A stretch of DNA of 64,000 nucleotides. It comes from Candidatus Latescibacterota bacterium (GTDB lineage: Bacteria; Latescibacterota; UBA2968; GCA-2709665). A program made the translations under genes and the position numbers. Shown piece by piece: positions 49,513 to 59,539 of the stretch. The stretch spans positions 1 to 64,000 of the forward strand of contig OZ241917.1 in the NCBI GenBank assembly GCA_965203805.1. Reading direction: 5' to 3'. A model generated the notes under the pieces. It was not told the DNA's origin. It made no database searches and worked only from the letters and a program-made list of their open reading frames with translations. Positions within the stretch are counted from its first letter, which is position 1. Each line of letters starts with the position of its first letter.

Positions 49513-51282
49513 GTGGTACCTGAAACCATGACGGCAATTGATCCTGTTACTCGCGAAATCATGCAGAATGCGCTGGCCGCGGCCGCCGACGAAATGGGCG
49601 CCGCGCTCTATCGCACGGCCTATTCCACCATCGTGCGCGATTGCCTGGACTATTCCACGTCGCTGTGCAACGCAAACGGTCAGATGATCGCGCAGGGCGT
49701 TACGATTCCACTGCATCTGGGATCTGTACCGTATGCATTGAATGCGCTGCTCGAACGGTTCGGCGATGACATCGACCCCGGCGACGTGTTCATCATGAAC
49801 GATCCGTTCGACGGCGGGATGCACATTCCGGACATCTTTATCGTGCAACCGATCTTCTGGGAGGGTGAGCGGGTGGCCTTTGCGGTGAGTACGGCGCACC
49901 ATCTGGACCTGGGCGGACGCCTGCCCGGAAGTTCCGCTTGCGACAACACGGAGATCTACCAGGAAGGCATCCGGATTCCGTGGCTGAAGCTCTATCGCCG
50001 GGGTGAGCCCGAAGCGTCCATTTTTGCCCTGATCCGTGCGAACGTCCGAGTGCCCCAGATGACGATCGGCGACATCAGAGCGCAGTTGGCGGCCTGCCAT
50101 ATGGGGGAACGGGCGGTGCATGCGTTGATCGAGCGGTACGGACCCGAGACGTTTCTGGCGTGCGCGCAGGATCTGATCGACTATACGGAACGGCTGGTAC
50201 GTGCGGAGATCGCTTCGTGGCCCGATGGCTCCCATACCTTTACCGATTTCCTGGACAGCGACGGCGTGGGCGGGCCCAGGGTGCGGATCCGGGTGACCGT
50301 GACCGTGCGGGGTGACTCGCTCACGGCCGATTTCACGGGGACGGACCCCCAGGTGCGCGGCGCCGTCAACAGTACGCTCTCGTTTACCGCAGCCGTCGTG
50401 GCCCTTTGCGTTCGCGCCGTGATGCGTGAGGAGATTCCGAATACGGAAGGGATGTTCCGACCGCTGGAGATCATCGCGCCGGAGGGTGCACTCGTAAACG
50501 TGAGGATGCCGGGCGCGTCGTCGATGCGTGGCGTGACCGGGTTCCGGATGACGGACGTCGTGTTCGGGGCGCTGGCCGGGCTGCTGCCCGACCGTGTGCC
50601 GGCCGCCGGCGAGGGCGGCAATACGCTCGTTATCATCGGCGGACAGCGGCGGGACCGGTCGCCTTACGTCTATTATGAGCTGCTCTCCGGGACCTGGGGG
50701 GCGCGGCCGGACCGGGACGGAAACGATGGACTGTGCAATCCGGCCAACGTGGCCAGCAATATTCCCGTTGAACAGGCCGAATGCGAATATCCCGTGAGAA
50801 TCGACCGGTACGGACTGGTCTGCGACAGCGGCGGTCCGGGCAAATACCGGGGCGGACTGGCGATCGAGCGGGAGTGGACGCTGCTTTCGGGACAAGCGCA
50901 TCTGGCAATCCGGTCCGATCGAAGAGACCATCTGCCATACGGATTGTACGGGGGCCGGCCGGCGACGGGATCGACCAACGTGCTCTACGGCAGCGACGGC
51001 GGCGAGGAGTTGCCGACGATGATTTCGACGACGATGGCGGCCGGAGAGCGGATCTACCACCGGCAGGCGGGCGGCGGGGGATGGGGAAATCCGATGGAAC
51101 GGGACCCGGGGGCGGTCGCGCGGGACGTGAAGAACGGGAAGGTGTCGGTGGACCGGGCGCGGGAGCAGTACGGCGTGGTGATCGATGAAGGGAATCTCGC
51201 GGTAAATCAGGCGGAAACCGGGAAGACCCGGCGGAGGATGGCGGATCAGGGTGCCGTGCCCGCAAGCGGCGACTCCGGTTGA
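49513..51282 (+). CDS. Hydantoinase B / oxoprolinase family subunit
   Basis: TAYSTIVRD, NDPFDGGMHIPD, HHLDLGG, EGIRIP, DSGGPGKYRGG and GGGGWG. Confidence 0.92.
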   Translation: MVPETMTAIDPVTREIMQNALAAAADEMGAALYRTAYSTIVRDCLDYSTSLCNANGQMIAQGVTIPLHLGSVPYALNALLERFGDDIDPGDVFIMNDPFDGGMHIPDIFIVQPIFWEGERVAFAVSTAHHLDLGGRLPGSSACDNTEIYQEGIRIPWLKLYRRGEPEASIFALIRANVRVPQMTIGDIRAQLAACHMGERAVHALIERYGPETFLACAQDLIDYTERLVRAEIASWPDGSHTFTDFLDSDGVGGPRVRIRVTVTVRGDSLTADFTGTDPQVRGAVNSTLSFTAAVVALCVRAVMREEIPNTEGMFRPLEIIAPEGALVNVRMPGASSMRGVTGFRMTDVVFGALAGLLPDRVPAAGEGGNTLVIIGGQRRDRSPYVYYELLSGTWGARPDRDGNDGLCNPANVASNIPVEQAECEYPVRIDRYGLVCDSGGPGKYRGGLAIEREWTLLSGQAHLAIRSDRRDHLPYGLYGGRPATGSTNVLYGSDGGEELPTMISTTMAAGERIYHRQAGGGGWGNPMERDPGAVARDVKNGKVSVDRAREQYGVVIDEGNLAVNQAETGKTRRRMADQGAVPASGDSG

Positions 51283-51307
51283 CTCGGGCGCCGAACGGTG
51301 GTATATT
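51279..51307 (+). promoter_or_regulatory. sigma70-type promoter of ankyrin gene 1
   Basis: TTGACT-N17-TATATT. Confidence 0.65.
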
Positions 51308-51356
51308 TGGATAGAGGCTGGCGGAACATCTGACGATGTTAATCTGGAGGTATCCT

Positions 51357-52202
51357 ATGTCCCGAAAAATCAATCAGTTCGTTCTGGTTCTTCTGTTGTT
51401 CGGGTTCGCGGGCTGCAGCGCCCCGCTGACGGAGTTGTCGCGGCGCGGAGACGTCGGGGGCGTTCAGCGGGCCCTCGAACGCGGACGCGACGTAAACGCG
51501 AGGACGCCGCAGGGACACAGCCCGTTGACGCTGGCATCCAGAGAGGGTCATCTGGAGGTCGTTCTCGACCTGCTCCGGGCCGGCGCGGACGTCCACGCCG
51601 TGGCCTGGACCGTTGGCGCCCATACCGTCGAGAGCCAGGATCGACACGGCGGCTACGCGTTCATCAGGGAACGGTACGTCAATCCCGACAGTTCCGGCCC
51701 TCAGTCCAGATTCATGGCGCAGCGTACGCGCGGCTCGGCCGGCTGGGTGCTCAGAGACGGGAAGACAGCGCTGATGCTGGCTGCCGAGGCCGGTCACGAG
51801 GACGTGGTCGAGGCGCTTGTCGAAGGCGGCGCCGACCTGTTCGCCACCAGCGGCGGTGAGATCGTGACCGCCGGAATGCCGTCGTTCAGGGATTACGATG
51901 CATATATCTCCGGATATACCGGTGCGCAACCCGAAGACATCGGCCGCGAAGAGGATAAACATGGCGGCAGTTACTACGGACCCGAGCACGGCCGCGTTCT
52001 CTATTACGATATTGTCCATTCCTATCCCGAGCGTCCTTCCTGGTCGATCGGCGGAAGCACGGCGCTGGACCTCGCCTACGGGAACGGACATAAGAAGATT
52101 ATCGAGTACCTCCTGGAAGCCGGCGCGGGGATGACGCCATCGGGTCTGAAACGTGATCTTTCGTCGCCTCGTGAGGACGCTAACGATGTTTCGAATCATT
52201 GA
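51357..52202 (+). CDS. Ankyrin-repeat lipoprotein 1 (about 4 repeats, two large loop insertions)
   Basis: Lipobox FAG|C, then GHSPLTLA..GH, GKTALMLAA..GH and GSTALDLA..GH. Confidence 0.85.
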   Translation: MSRKINQFVLVLLLFGFAGCSAPLTELSRRGDVGGVQRALERGRDVNARTPQGHSPLTLASREGHLEVVLDLLRAGADVHAVAWTVGAHTVESQDRHGGYAFIRERYVNPDSSGPQSRFMAQRTRGSAGWVLRDGKTALMLAAEAGHEDVVEALVEGGADLFATSGGEIVTAGMPSFRDYDAYISGYTGAQPEDIGREEDKHGGSYYGPEHGRVLYYDIVHSYPERPSWSIGGSTALDLAYGNGHKKIIEYLLEAGAGMTPSGLKRDLSSPREDANDVSNH

Positions 52203-52271
52203 TCGTCGTACAGCGCTGGTCATTCTTACGGCGGTCGCGGCTTGGCAATGCGCCGGCGGACGAGATCCCGT

Positions 52272-52300
52272 TTGACTTGACCGGTGAAGGTGGCTATATT
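52272..52300 (+). promoter_or_regulatory. sigma70-type promoter of ankyrin gene 2
   Basis: TTGACT-N17-TATATT, similar to the gene 1 promoter. Confidence 0.65.
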
Positions 52301-52350
52301 TTCGGGTGTTACGATGCTAATTGCCAATCGAGCCCCGGAGGAGGTGGACA

Positions 52351-53148
52351 ATGTCTAATACATTCAAGCCACTTGCACTCCTGTTTGCCCTGATGGGTGT
52401 CTGGGGCTGCAGCGCTTCGTTAATGGAAATTTCGCAGCGGGGAGATCTGCAGGCCGTCCGGAGGTCGCTGCACCGTGGAAGCGACGTGAACGCCCGGACG
52501 GTGCAGGGACACAGCCCCCTGACGCTGGCGGCCAGGGAAGGTCATCTGGACGTGGTTCAGGCCCTGATTCAGGCCGGCGCGAACCTGGACGTCAGGGCGT
52601 GGACGTTAGGTGCTCGCGCGGGTGTACGTACGCATCGGCACGACTTTACAGGGCTTTCGAGGGAACAGTTTGCCAATGCCGACAGTTCCGGGCCCCAGTC
52701 CAGGTTTATGGCTGAGCGTACCCGCAGCCGATCCAGTTGGGTGCTGAGAGACGGTAAAACGGCAATGATGCTCGCCGCGCAACGCGGGCATCGTGATATT
52801 GTGGAGGCACTGATCCAGGCCGGCGCCAACGTGCATGAGACCAGCGGCGGAGAGATTGTGACCCGTGCACGTGCATCGTATGAGGACTTTCACGCGTATT
52901 CCGCTGGCACGTCCCGGCCTTCGGGGGGTACCGCCGCGCCCGAACCTGAATATCGCCCAGACGATAAACGCGGCCCCGATGATCCCGGACGCAGCCACTA
53001 CCCGGTCGACTATGCCTATCCCAAACGACCCTACTGGTCGCCGGGCGGCAAAACCGCTCTGGACTTCGCCCGCGAAAACGGGCATTCGGACGTCGTCGAT
53101 CTCCTTCTTGAAGCAGGTGCGCGGATGCGTGAATCAAATTCCAATTAG
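52351..53148 (+). CDS. Ankyrin-repeat lipoprotein 2 (tandem paralog)
   Basis: Lipobox-like VWG|C with the same repeat and insert architecture as gene 1. SD GGAGG. Confidence 0.85.
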   Translation: MSNTFKPLALLFALMGVWGCSASLMEISQRGDLQAVRRSLHRGSDVNARTVQGHSPLTLAAREGHLDVVQALIQAGANLDVRAWTLGARAGVRTHRHDFTGLSREQFANADSSGPQSRFMAERTRSRSSWVLRDGKTAMMLAAQRGHRDIVEALIQAGANVHETSGGEIVTRARASYEDFHAYSAGTSRPSGGTAAPEPEYRPDDKRGPDDPGRSHYPVDYAYPKRPYWSPGGKTALDFARENGHSDVVDLLLEAGARMRESNSN

Positions 53149-53265
53149 GTTCCTGGAGCGTTCTCGCCCATTGGATATTCGGTCTCGTAACAGCGACACA
53201 TTGCGAGACCGTTTTTTGTATCGTGCTATCGATGTATCGGGATGGGGTATTAACGTGATGCAATC

Positions 53266-54855
53266 ATGGATCTGGTGATTTCGGGCGGTACGGTGGTTGA
53301 CGGTACCGGCGCCGCTCCCGTCCCGGGCGACGTGGCGGTGGCCGACGGCCGGATCGTCGGCTTCGGACGTTTCCACCGGCCGGATGACGTCCCCTGTGTG
53401 GATGCGGCCGGGTGTTACGTTGCGCCGGGGTTTATCGATATACACAGCCATTCCGATTTCACGCTGGTCGTGGATCCGCGAGCGGTGAGTTCGGTCACTC
53501 AGGGCGTGACGCTGGAGGTGGTGGGGAACTGCGGTCACGGTTGCGCGCCCATCGTCGACCCGGACCGCGCCCGCGCGAATATCTACGGATGCAGGACCGG
53601 CCACGAGATTCAATGGCGTACTGTCGGCGAATACCTGGACGTCCTGGAAGCGCAGCGCCCGGCTGTAAACGTCGTGACACTGGTGCCCAACGGAAATCTG
53701 AGACTGGCGGTCTGCGATGCGGTGGATCGACCGTCCACGCCGGATGAACTGGCCACAATGAAACGGATGCTGGCGCAGGGAATGGAGGAAGGCGCCGCGG
53801 GGTATTCCACGGGTCTGGAATACGGCACCGAGCGGGACTGTCCCGAGAGCGAGATTTCCGACCTGTGCGCGGTCACGGCGGAATACGGCGGGATCTACGC
53901 AACCCATACCCGCAACCGGATGGGCGAGGCGGAGGAGACTGTCGCGGAGGCGATCCGTACCGCCGAATCGGCCGGCGCGCCCCTCCAGATTTCCCATATT
54001 TCATCCGTCGCGCGGCTAGCGGACGACGGCGGGTGGGCGGTCGATCGGGCCCTCGAACAGGTCGACCGTGCGCGCGGCAGCGGCCTGGACGTGCAGTTCG
54101 ACATGCACACGCGGCTCTTCGGGACAACCAATTTGAGCGCCGCGCTGCCGTCGTGGGCGCTGGAAGGACATGAGGGCGACATTGCGCGGCGCCTGCGGGA
54201 TCCGTCCGTTCGGCGGGAGATGGAACACTGTCAGAGTATCGTCTCCGCGCTGGCGCGTGGCGACTGGGGGCGGATCGTCGTCTTCCACTCACCCGTGCAG
54301 CCGGAGCTTGCGGGGAAGAGTATTGCCGAACTCTCGGCCGCCGGGACCGGCAATGCCTTCGACACCATCTGCGACATTCTGTATGCGGCGGTCGACCGAC
54401 TTCACGAAATCATGGTGATCGCGTTCAGCTATCGGGAGGCGGACGTCCGGCCGGCATTCGAACACCCGTTCTGCATGGTCGGATCCGACGCGACCGCGCT
54501 GGCCACCGACGGTCCGTTGAGGGAAGACACTTTTCACGGCGCTTACACGTGGGCATCCTGGTTCTTCCGTCATTTCGTTCGGGACCGGAAATTGTTCTCC
54601 CCACAGGAAGCCGTTCGCAGGCTGACGGCGCTTCCGGCTTCCCGGCTGGGGTTGTCCGACCGGGGCGTGATTCGCGAAGGAGCGCGTGCGGATCTGGCCG
54701 TCTTCGATCCGGATGTGTTTTCCGATCGCGGGACCACGTTCGAACCGAACCGGACGGCCGCGGGCATGCGCCACGTACTGGTAAACGGCGGCTTCGCGGT
54801 GAAGGACGGCGTCCTTACGGGCCAGCGGTCCGGACGGGTATTGCGTCGTGATTGA
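53266..54855 (+). CDS. N-acyl-D-amino-acid deacylase (amidohydrolase)
   Basis: PGFIDIHSHSD, GNCG, STGLEY, TH.R, GSDA and ADLAVFDP. Confidence 0.9.
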   Translation: MDLVISGGTVVDGTGAAPVPGDVAVADGRIVGFGRFHRPDDVPCVDAAGCYVAPGFIDIHSHSDFTLVVDPRAVSSVTQGVTLEVVGNCGHGCAPIVDPDRARANIYGCRTGHEIQWRTVGEYLDVLEAQRPAVNVVTLVPNGNLRLAVCDAVDRPSTPDELATMKRMLAQGMEEGAAGYSTGLEYGTERDCPESEISDLCAVTAEYGGIYATHTRNRMGEAEETVAEAIRTAESAGAPLQISHISSVARLADDGGWAVDRALEQVDRARGSGLDVQFDMHTRLFGTTNLSAALPSWALEGHEGDIARRLRDPSVRREMEHCQSIVSALARGDWGRIVVFHSPVQPELAGKSIAELSAAGTGNAFDTICDILYAAVDRLHEIMVIAFSYREADVRPAFEHPFCMVGSDATALATDGPLREDTFHGAYTWASWFFRHFVRDRKLFSPQEAVRRLTALPASRLGLSDRGVIREGARADLAVFDPDVFSDRGTTFEPNRTAAGMRHVLVNGGFAVKDGVLTGQRSGRVLRRD

Positions 54856-54902
54856 TGGACTTTGGGTTCCTTGCCGCGGTTGATCGGGAAGTGAGGAGTT
54901 CC

Positions 54903-55904
54903 ATGGATCGAAACTCGATTTCAGGCCGGATCCGGTGGACGATCGGCGATGAAAACCCGGTGATCGCCCCGGGTCAGTTGCACGCGGATATGGATAGCAG
55001 GCGCGCCGGCGCCGCCCACGTACTGCAGCTTGGCGATCGCTACCGAATGTACTATTGGGGTACCGGGACGAACGGGTTTCACCGAATTCTGATTGCCGAG
55101 AGCCCTGTGGACGAGCCCAACGACTGGCAGCCCGTGGGCGTCGCGCTCAGCCGGCAGCGGGACACGGACTACAACGATCAGGGGCCGGGGTTTCCATTTG
55201 TGGTTCCGAGCGACGACGGCCCGTGGCTCCTGTACTTTTGCGGTTGGGGGAAAACCAGGGAGGACGGCAAATTGCCGAATACCACGGGCGTGGCAGTCAG
55301 CGACGACGGAGGATATCGCTTCAGTTACCCGAAACGGGAACCCGTGTTGCCGCTGGACCGGGACTGGGACCGGGAGGGTACCGGAAGCGTATGTGTCTTG
55401 CGGGTCAATGCCCGTTACCACATGTACTATACGTCTATCGGGGCCTATTTCAACCGGCCCGAGGGCGCCATAACGGGCCACGGAGACGTGATTCCACGCA
55501 TCGGCGTTGCGTACGCAGGGTCGCGGGACGGTATGGTGTGGACCAAACCCACAGATGGTCTGATGGTCGGACCAAGGGGCTTCGCCACCGAACCCTACGA
55601 GTATATCTGTTCGAAACCCTTTGTCATGCGGGAGCCCGGCGGCTACAGGATGTGGGTGAATACGTTCGGCACGGCCTATCGGATCAGGAGTCTGGTCGGA
55701 CCCGACGGGCGGGACTGGCGCTGGTGCGACAGCGGACCCGATGGCGAACTGGGGGTGGGAAACCCGGGCGCGTTCGACGACAGGCAGCGGTGCTACGTCA
55801 GCGTCGTCAGATGCGGAGACGAGTATCGATGCTGGTATACCGGAAACGGTTTCGGCGCCACGGGGATGGGTTACGCGGTGGGAGTGGTTGAAGACGAGCG
55901 ATGA
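54903..55904 (+). CDS. Hypothetical protein, five-bladed beta-propeller (glycosylase-like)
   Basis: Repeated YRMYY/YHMYY/YRMW/YRCWYTGNG blades and S.DG..W motifs. Confidence 0.7.
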   Translation: MDRNSISGRIRWTIGDENPVIAPGQLHADMDSRRAGAAHVLQLGDRYRMYYWGTGTNGFHRILIAESPVDEPNDWQPVGVALSRQRDTDYNDQGPGFPFVVPSDDGPWLLYFCGWGKTREDGKLPNTTGVAVSDDGGYRFSYPKREPVLPLDRDWDREGTGSVCVLRVNARYHMYYTSIGAYFNRPEGAITGHGDVIPRIGVAYAGSRDGMVWTKPTDGLMVGPRGFATEPYEYICSKPFVMREPGGYRMWVNTFGTAYRIRSLVGPDGRDWRWCDSGPDGELGVGNPGAFDDRQRCYVSVVRCGDEYRCWYTGNGFGATGMGYAVGVVEDER

Positions 55905-56002
55905 CCGTGAATCGCTCGATGCGGATCCCACGCGCAATCGTACATTGTCGAAAACGGCGTCAGCGGGCTTTCGTTCATTACAGGAGATCAGGAGTCAGGC
56001 GT

Positions 56003-56725
56003 ATGAAACTGGGCGAGTCGAAAGTACGGCAGTATGAGAGCGAAGGATATACCGCGGTTGAAGGGCTGATCTCCACCGACGAGGCCGCCGCCGTGCGGAT
56101 GCGGCTGATGGAATTGATGGAAGGGGAGCACGACTGGCCGGACCTGCATTTTCAGGTCCTGGACCCCGCGAAGTTCCGCAATTCGAAGGATAGATTCGTA
56201 CCCATCGGCGTCCAGAGGCCCGCCAGGCAGGAGGCCGTTTTCCGGGAGGTTGCCGACCACGCCAATCTGAGGCGGGCGATGTCGCAACTGCTGGGTGGGC
56301 CGGTCAAACGATTTACGGATCAGGCGCTGATCAAGAACCGCGCGATCGACGGGCAGTCGTTCTATCACCAGGACTCCTATTACTGGAAGATCGAGCCGAA
56401 GCGGGGGTGCAATGCCTGGATTGCGCTGGATGAGGTGGGGGTCGACGCCAGCGCGCTGGGCATCCTGCCCGGTTCCCACGCGGACTGGACGCTGACCGCC
56501 CACGAACGCTATTACGACGAGCCCAATTACTTCGCCGCGCGGACCGGCGAAGCGTTCACCCGCTGGCGGATTCCGACCGGGGGGGTGGACCTGTCCCGTG
56601 AAGTGGTGCTGCCGATGCGGCCCGGCGACGCGGCGTTTTTCTCCAATTATACCTGGCACCGGTCGGAGGTGAACCGGTCGGGCGAACACAAGACGGCCTA
56701 CGCGATCGCGTACCAGTTGCGGTAG
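56003..56725 (+). CDS. Phytanoyl-CoA dioxygenase (PhyH) family Fe(II)/2OG oxygenase
   Basis: HQDSYYW (HxD), WIALD, PGSH and WHRS..N. Confidence 0.88.
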   Translation: MKLGESKVRQYESEGYTAVEGLISTDEAAAVRMRLMELMEGEHDWPDLHFQVLDPAKFRNSKDRFVPIGVQRPARQEAVFREVADHANLRRAMSQLLGGPVKRFTDQALIKNRAIDGQSFYHQDSYYWKIEPKRGCNAWIALDEVGVDASALGILPGSHADWTLTAHERYYDEPNYFAARTGEAFTRWRIPTGGVDLSREVVLPMRPGDAAFFSNYTWHRSEVNRSGEHKTAYAIAYQLR

Positions 56726-56802
56726 ATACCCGCCGCCGGCGACGTGAGCGGCGAGGCCGGTGTACGCACGGTTGCGTCATCGAATACGGAGAGAGGGTCC
56801 GG

Positions 56803-58260
56803 ATGGTTCGAAGAACGGAACGCGCGCCCACCTCCCGCGTGCGCTATGGCTTTGCACGGGTGGATATTACGCCCCCGGTGGGGATCTACCATCGGATGTG
56901 GGGTGCGGCCAGGCACGACAGGGCAACGGGGGTTCATCGGCCGATTCTGGCCGACGTGCTGGCATTCGCGTCGGTGGACGCGCCGGGGGAAATTGCGCTG
57001 GTTCGCGCGCACCTGGACTTGGTCGGTCTGGTCGCTCAACAGTATGCGGCGCTCGTGAATGCCCTCTGCGACGCCGCGGGGGTCGGGCCGGATCGGGCAG
57101 ACGTGACGTTTTCGCACTCCCATGCCTCCGGGTGGTACGCACCGGATCGATTCGGCATGCCGGGGGGCGAACTGATACAACCGTTTTTGAACGATGTCGC
57201 AGAGAAGCTCGCGCGGGCCTGTGCGAACGCATTGGCGGATATGCGGGAGGTGCTGATTACCTATGCGGACGGGCATTGCAGCATGGCTGCAGACCGGGAT
57301 TACCGGGATGACGTGTTCGGCGGATACGTGTGCGGGTACAATCCTGAAGGCGATGGCGACGACACACTGCTGGTGGGAAGGATCTGCGACGAGGAGGGGA
57401 CGCCGGTGACGACGGTGGTGAATTACGGATGCCACCCGACGACGCTGGCCTGGGAAAATTCCCTGATCAGCCCTGATTTCGTCGGTGCGATGCGGGAGGA
57501 AGTCGAGAGGGTGACCGGGGCGCCATGCACGTTTGCGCTGGCGCCGTGCGGAGACCTGGGGCCGAAAGACGGGTTTGTTGGAGATCTCGAAACGGCCGAA
57601 AAGAACGGCCGGCAACTCGGGTTCGCGGCGCTTTCCGTCCTGATGTCCATGGGCCCGCCGGGTATGGACTTCGTATACCAGGGTCCCGTGATCTCGGGCG
57701 CCACGCTGGGCACGTGGGCGCATTCGGCATTCGGTCGGGAGCGTTTACGGGGGGTTTCTCACGTAACCGGAGGCGTCTATTCCGTGGATCTGCCGATGGT
57801 GGAACGGCCCGATCGGGAAACGCTGCAGGAAGACGTGGCGCGGTGGTCCGAGGCCCAACGGGCCGCTGACGAGGACGGGGATGACCTGAAAGCCCGGTCC
57901 TGCGGCGCCCGGGCCGAACGGGCCAGGCGCTGGCTCGCGCGGATCGCGAACCTGCCGCCGGGCGAGTCATATCCCTATCGGTTTTCGGTATACCGAATGG
58001 GAGACGCAATCTGGGTGACCTGCGGCGGGGAACCATACAGCGATCTTCAGGTCGTGTTGCGCCGGCGGTTTCCCGGGTTCGCGATTCTGGTTTCCCCGCT
58101 CGCGGGCAACGTACAGGTGGCTTACCTGTTGCGGAAAGACGCGTACGGAAAGGGGCTGTACCAGGAGGAGCCGTCGAGTCTCGCGCCGGGCTGCCTCGAA
58201 ATCCTGACCGAGGCCATCGCGGAACGAATCGACAAACTCGTTGCTTCTGATATGTCTTGA
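56803..58260 (+). CDS. Neutral/alkaline ceramidase N-terminal-like hydrolase
   Basis: G.ARVDITPP, SHSHAS, NYGCHPT, ISPDFVG and CGDLGP. Confidence 0.7.
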   Translation: MVRRTERAPTSRVRYGFARVDITPPVGIYHRMWGAARHDRATGVHRPILADVLAFASVDAPGEIALVRAHLDLVGLVAQQYAALVNALCDAAGVGPDRADVTFSHSHASGWYAPDRFGMPGGELIQPFLNDVAEKLARACANALADMREVLITYADGHCSMAADRDYRDDVFGGYVCGYNPEGDGDDTLLVGRICDEEGTPVTTVVNYGCHPTTLAWENSLISPDFVGAMREEVERVTGAPCTFALAPCGDLGPKDGFVGDLETAEKNGRQLGFAALSVLMSMGPPGMDFVYQGPVISGATLGTWAHSAFGRERLRGVSHVTGGVYSVDLPMVERPDRETLQEDVARWSEAQRAADEDGDDLKARSCGARAERARRWLARIANLPPGESYPYRFSVYRMGDAIWVTCGGEPYSDLQVVLRRRFPGFAILVSPLAGNVQVAYLLRKDAYGKGLYQEEPSSLAPGCLEILTEAIAERIDKLVASDMS

Positions 58261-58349
58261 CAGCCCGTTGGAAAAGTCCATCCGGGCTGCGTCCGGCCCT
58301 TGTGACCGAATGACGGCGTTGTCTGCAGAGCGACTCTTTCAACGGACTG
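58261..58349. mobile_element. MITE-like element, short copy (89 bp)
   Basis: Ends are CAGCCCGTTGGAAAAGTC and GACTCTTTCAACGGACTG, and the flanks TTGA/TCAA extend the inverted repeat. It abuts the upstream stop codon. Confidence 0.7.
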
Positions 58350-58367
58350 TCAAGCGGAGACGTCTAT

Positions 58368-59252
58368 ATGGCGGAACTGATCTACGATGGCGGCGCCGAT
58401 ACGTATCGGTTCGAGACGGAAGCGATGTCCGGCGAGATCCGCGCGTCGGGCGACTATCACGGCGTGTGGACGCTTACGGACAAAATTACGGGCAGACAGG
58501 TGATTCATCCGAAATATTCGGCGTTGAACCTGTTCCGGCTGTTCGCGGTTCACCAGGGCCTGGATCAGCCGCGCCTGATGGAACGCGCCATTGAAGCCCG
58601 TGACAGGGCTGTTGAGGTACATTGGCCCGTTACCGAAACACACCAGGGCGCGCTGACCGCACGGTACGAGGTGATCGAGCCCAACGGGATCGATCTGACG
58701 GTGACGGTGACTTGCGAAGGGACGTATGCGGGATATGAGCTCTTCCTTTCCAACTATTTCCACAAGACACTGCGGCCGCACGTCTATCTCCACGGAAGCC
58801 GGTACGGCCGGGCGGGCACGGCACCCGAGCTTGTCGTTCCCATGGTCAACGACGTCTTTCGCGGGACCGTCGTCGTGTTTCCGCGGGACCCGCACGCCGC
58901 CCGCCGTTGCGTGGACGGGCGGTGGAACCGCAGCGAGGGCAACTCACCCACCGTGCAGATGTGTCCGGTGCGGTACTACGGGTATCCGTTCTCCTTCCTG
59001 ACGGACACCGCGAACCGGCTGGGCGTTGTGCTGATGTCGAAGGAAGCGGACTGTTATGCCATCAGTACGCGTTACCACGTGGACAACGAAGCCGATCGCA
59101 TGACGGATTACAGCGCGTTCGACTTTTCGCTGTTCGGCGACGACCTAGTGCCCGGCAGCCGACGCACGGTCCGGATGCGGCTGGTATTGACAGAGCTCGA
59201 TGAAGACATGTCCCAGCCGCTGGCGCACTATCGGGCGTTTGCGGGGGTTTGA
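58368..59252 (+). CDS. Hypothetical protein (beta-rich)
   Basis: Long ORF with typical codon usage and an SD (GGAG). No family recognised. Confidence 0.7.
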   Translation: MAELIYDGGADTYRFETEAMSGEIRASGDYHGVWTLTDKITGRQVIHPKYSALNLFRLFAVHQGLDQPRLMERAIEARDRAVEVHWPVTETHQGALTARYEVIEPNGIDLTVTVTCEGTYAGYELFLSNYFHKTLRPHVYLHGSRYGRAGTAPELVVPMVNDVFRGTVVVFPRDPHAARRCVDGRWNRSEGNSPTVQMCPVRYYGYPFSFLTDTANRLGVVLMSKEADCYAISTRYHVDNEADRMTDYSAFDFSLFGDDLVPGSRRTVRMRLVLTELDEDMSQPLAHYRAFAGV

Positions 59253-59352
59253 CGGCGCCCGGCTGCAAAGGCATTCAGGGCACGGTTCGCCGTTGGGTCC
59301 GGCAGTACAGGCCCCAATGCGCGGGATTCAGGGTACCGAATCGATTTCGGGG

Positions 59353-59381
59353 TTGAATCGCGGCTGGCTTGTTCCTATTTT
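59353..59381 (+). promoter_or_regulatory. sigma70-type promoter of the NHL-TlpA-barrel operon
   Basis: TTGAAT-N17-TATTTT. Confidence 0.5.
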
Positions 59382-59539
59382 TACAGGATGGACGGTGTCC
59401 GGGGCGCCGCGGCATGCACTGCGCGATCCGGGTCCGCCGGTCGCGCGGAGCCCATCCGGGCGATTCAAGTGCTCGCCTGGGATTTCCACGGAGGAAAGAA
59501 CCCGTTGGCATTCGACATGGGGCTTTCGGACGAATCCGC

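Noticed and set aside
35799-51060. Many long antisense ORFs (e.g. 35799-37181, 37206-38615, 44997-46349, 49459-51060)
   Set aside because: Expected shadows of high-GC3 genes; no recognisable motifs.
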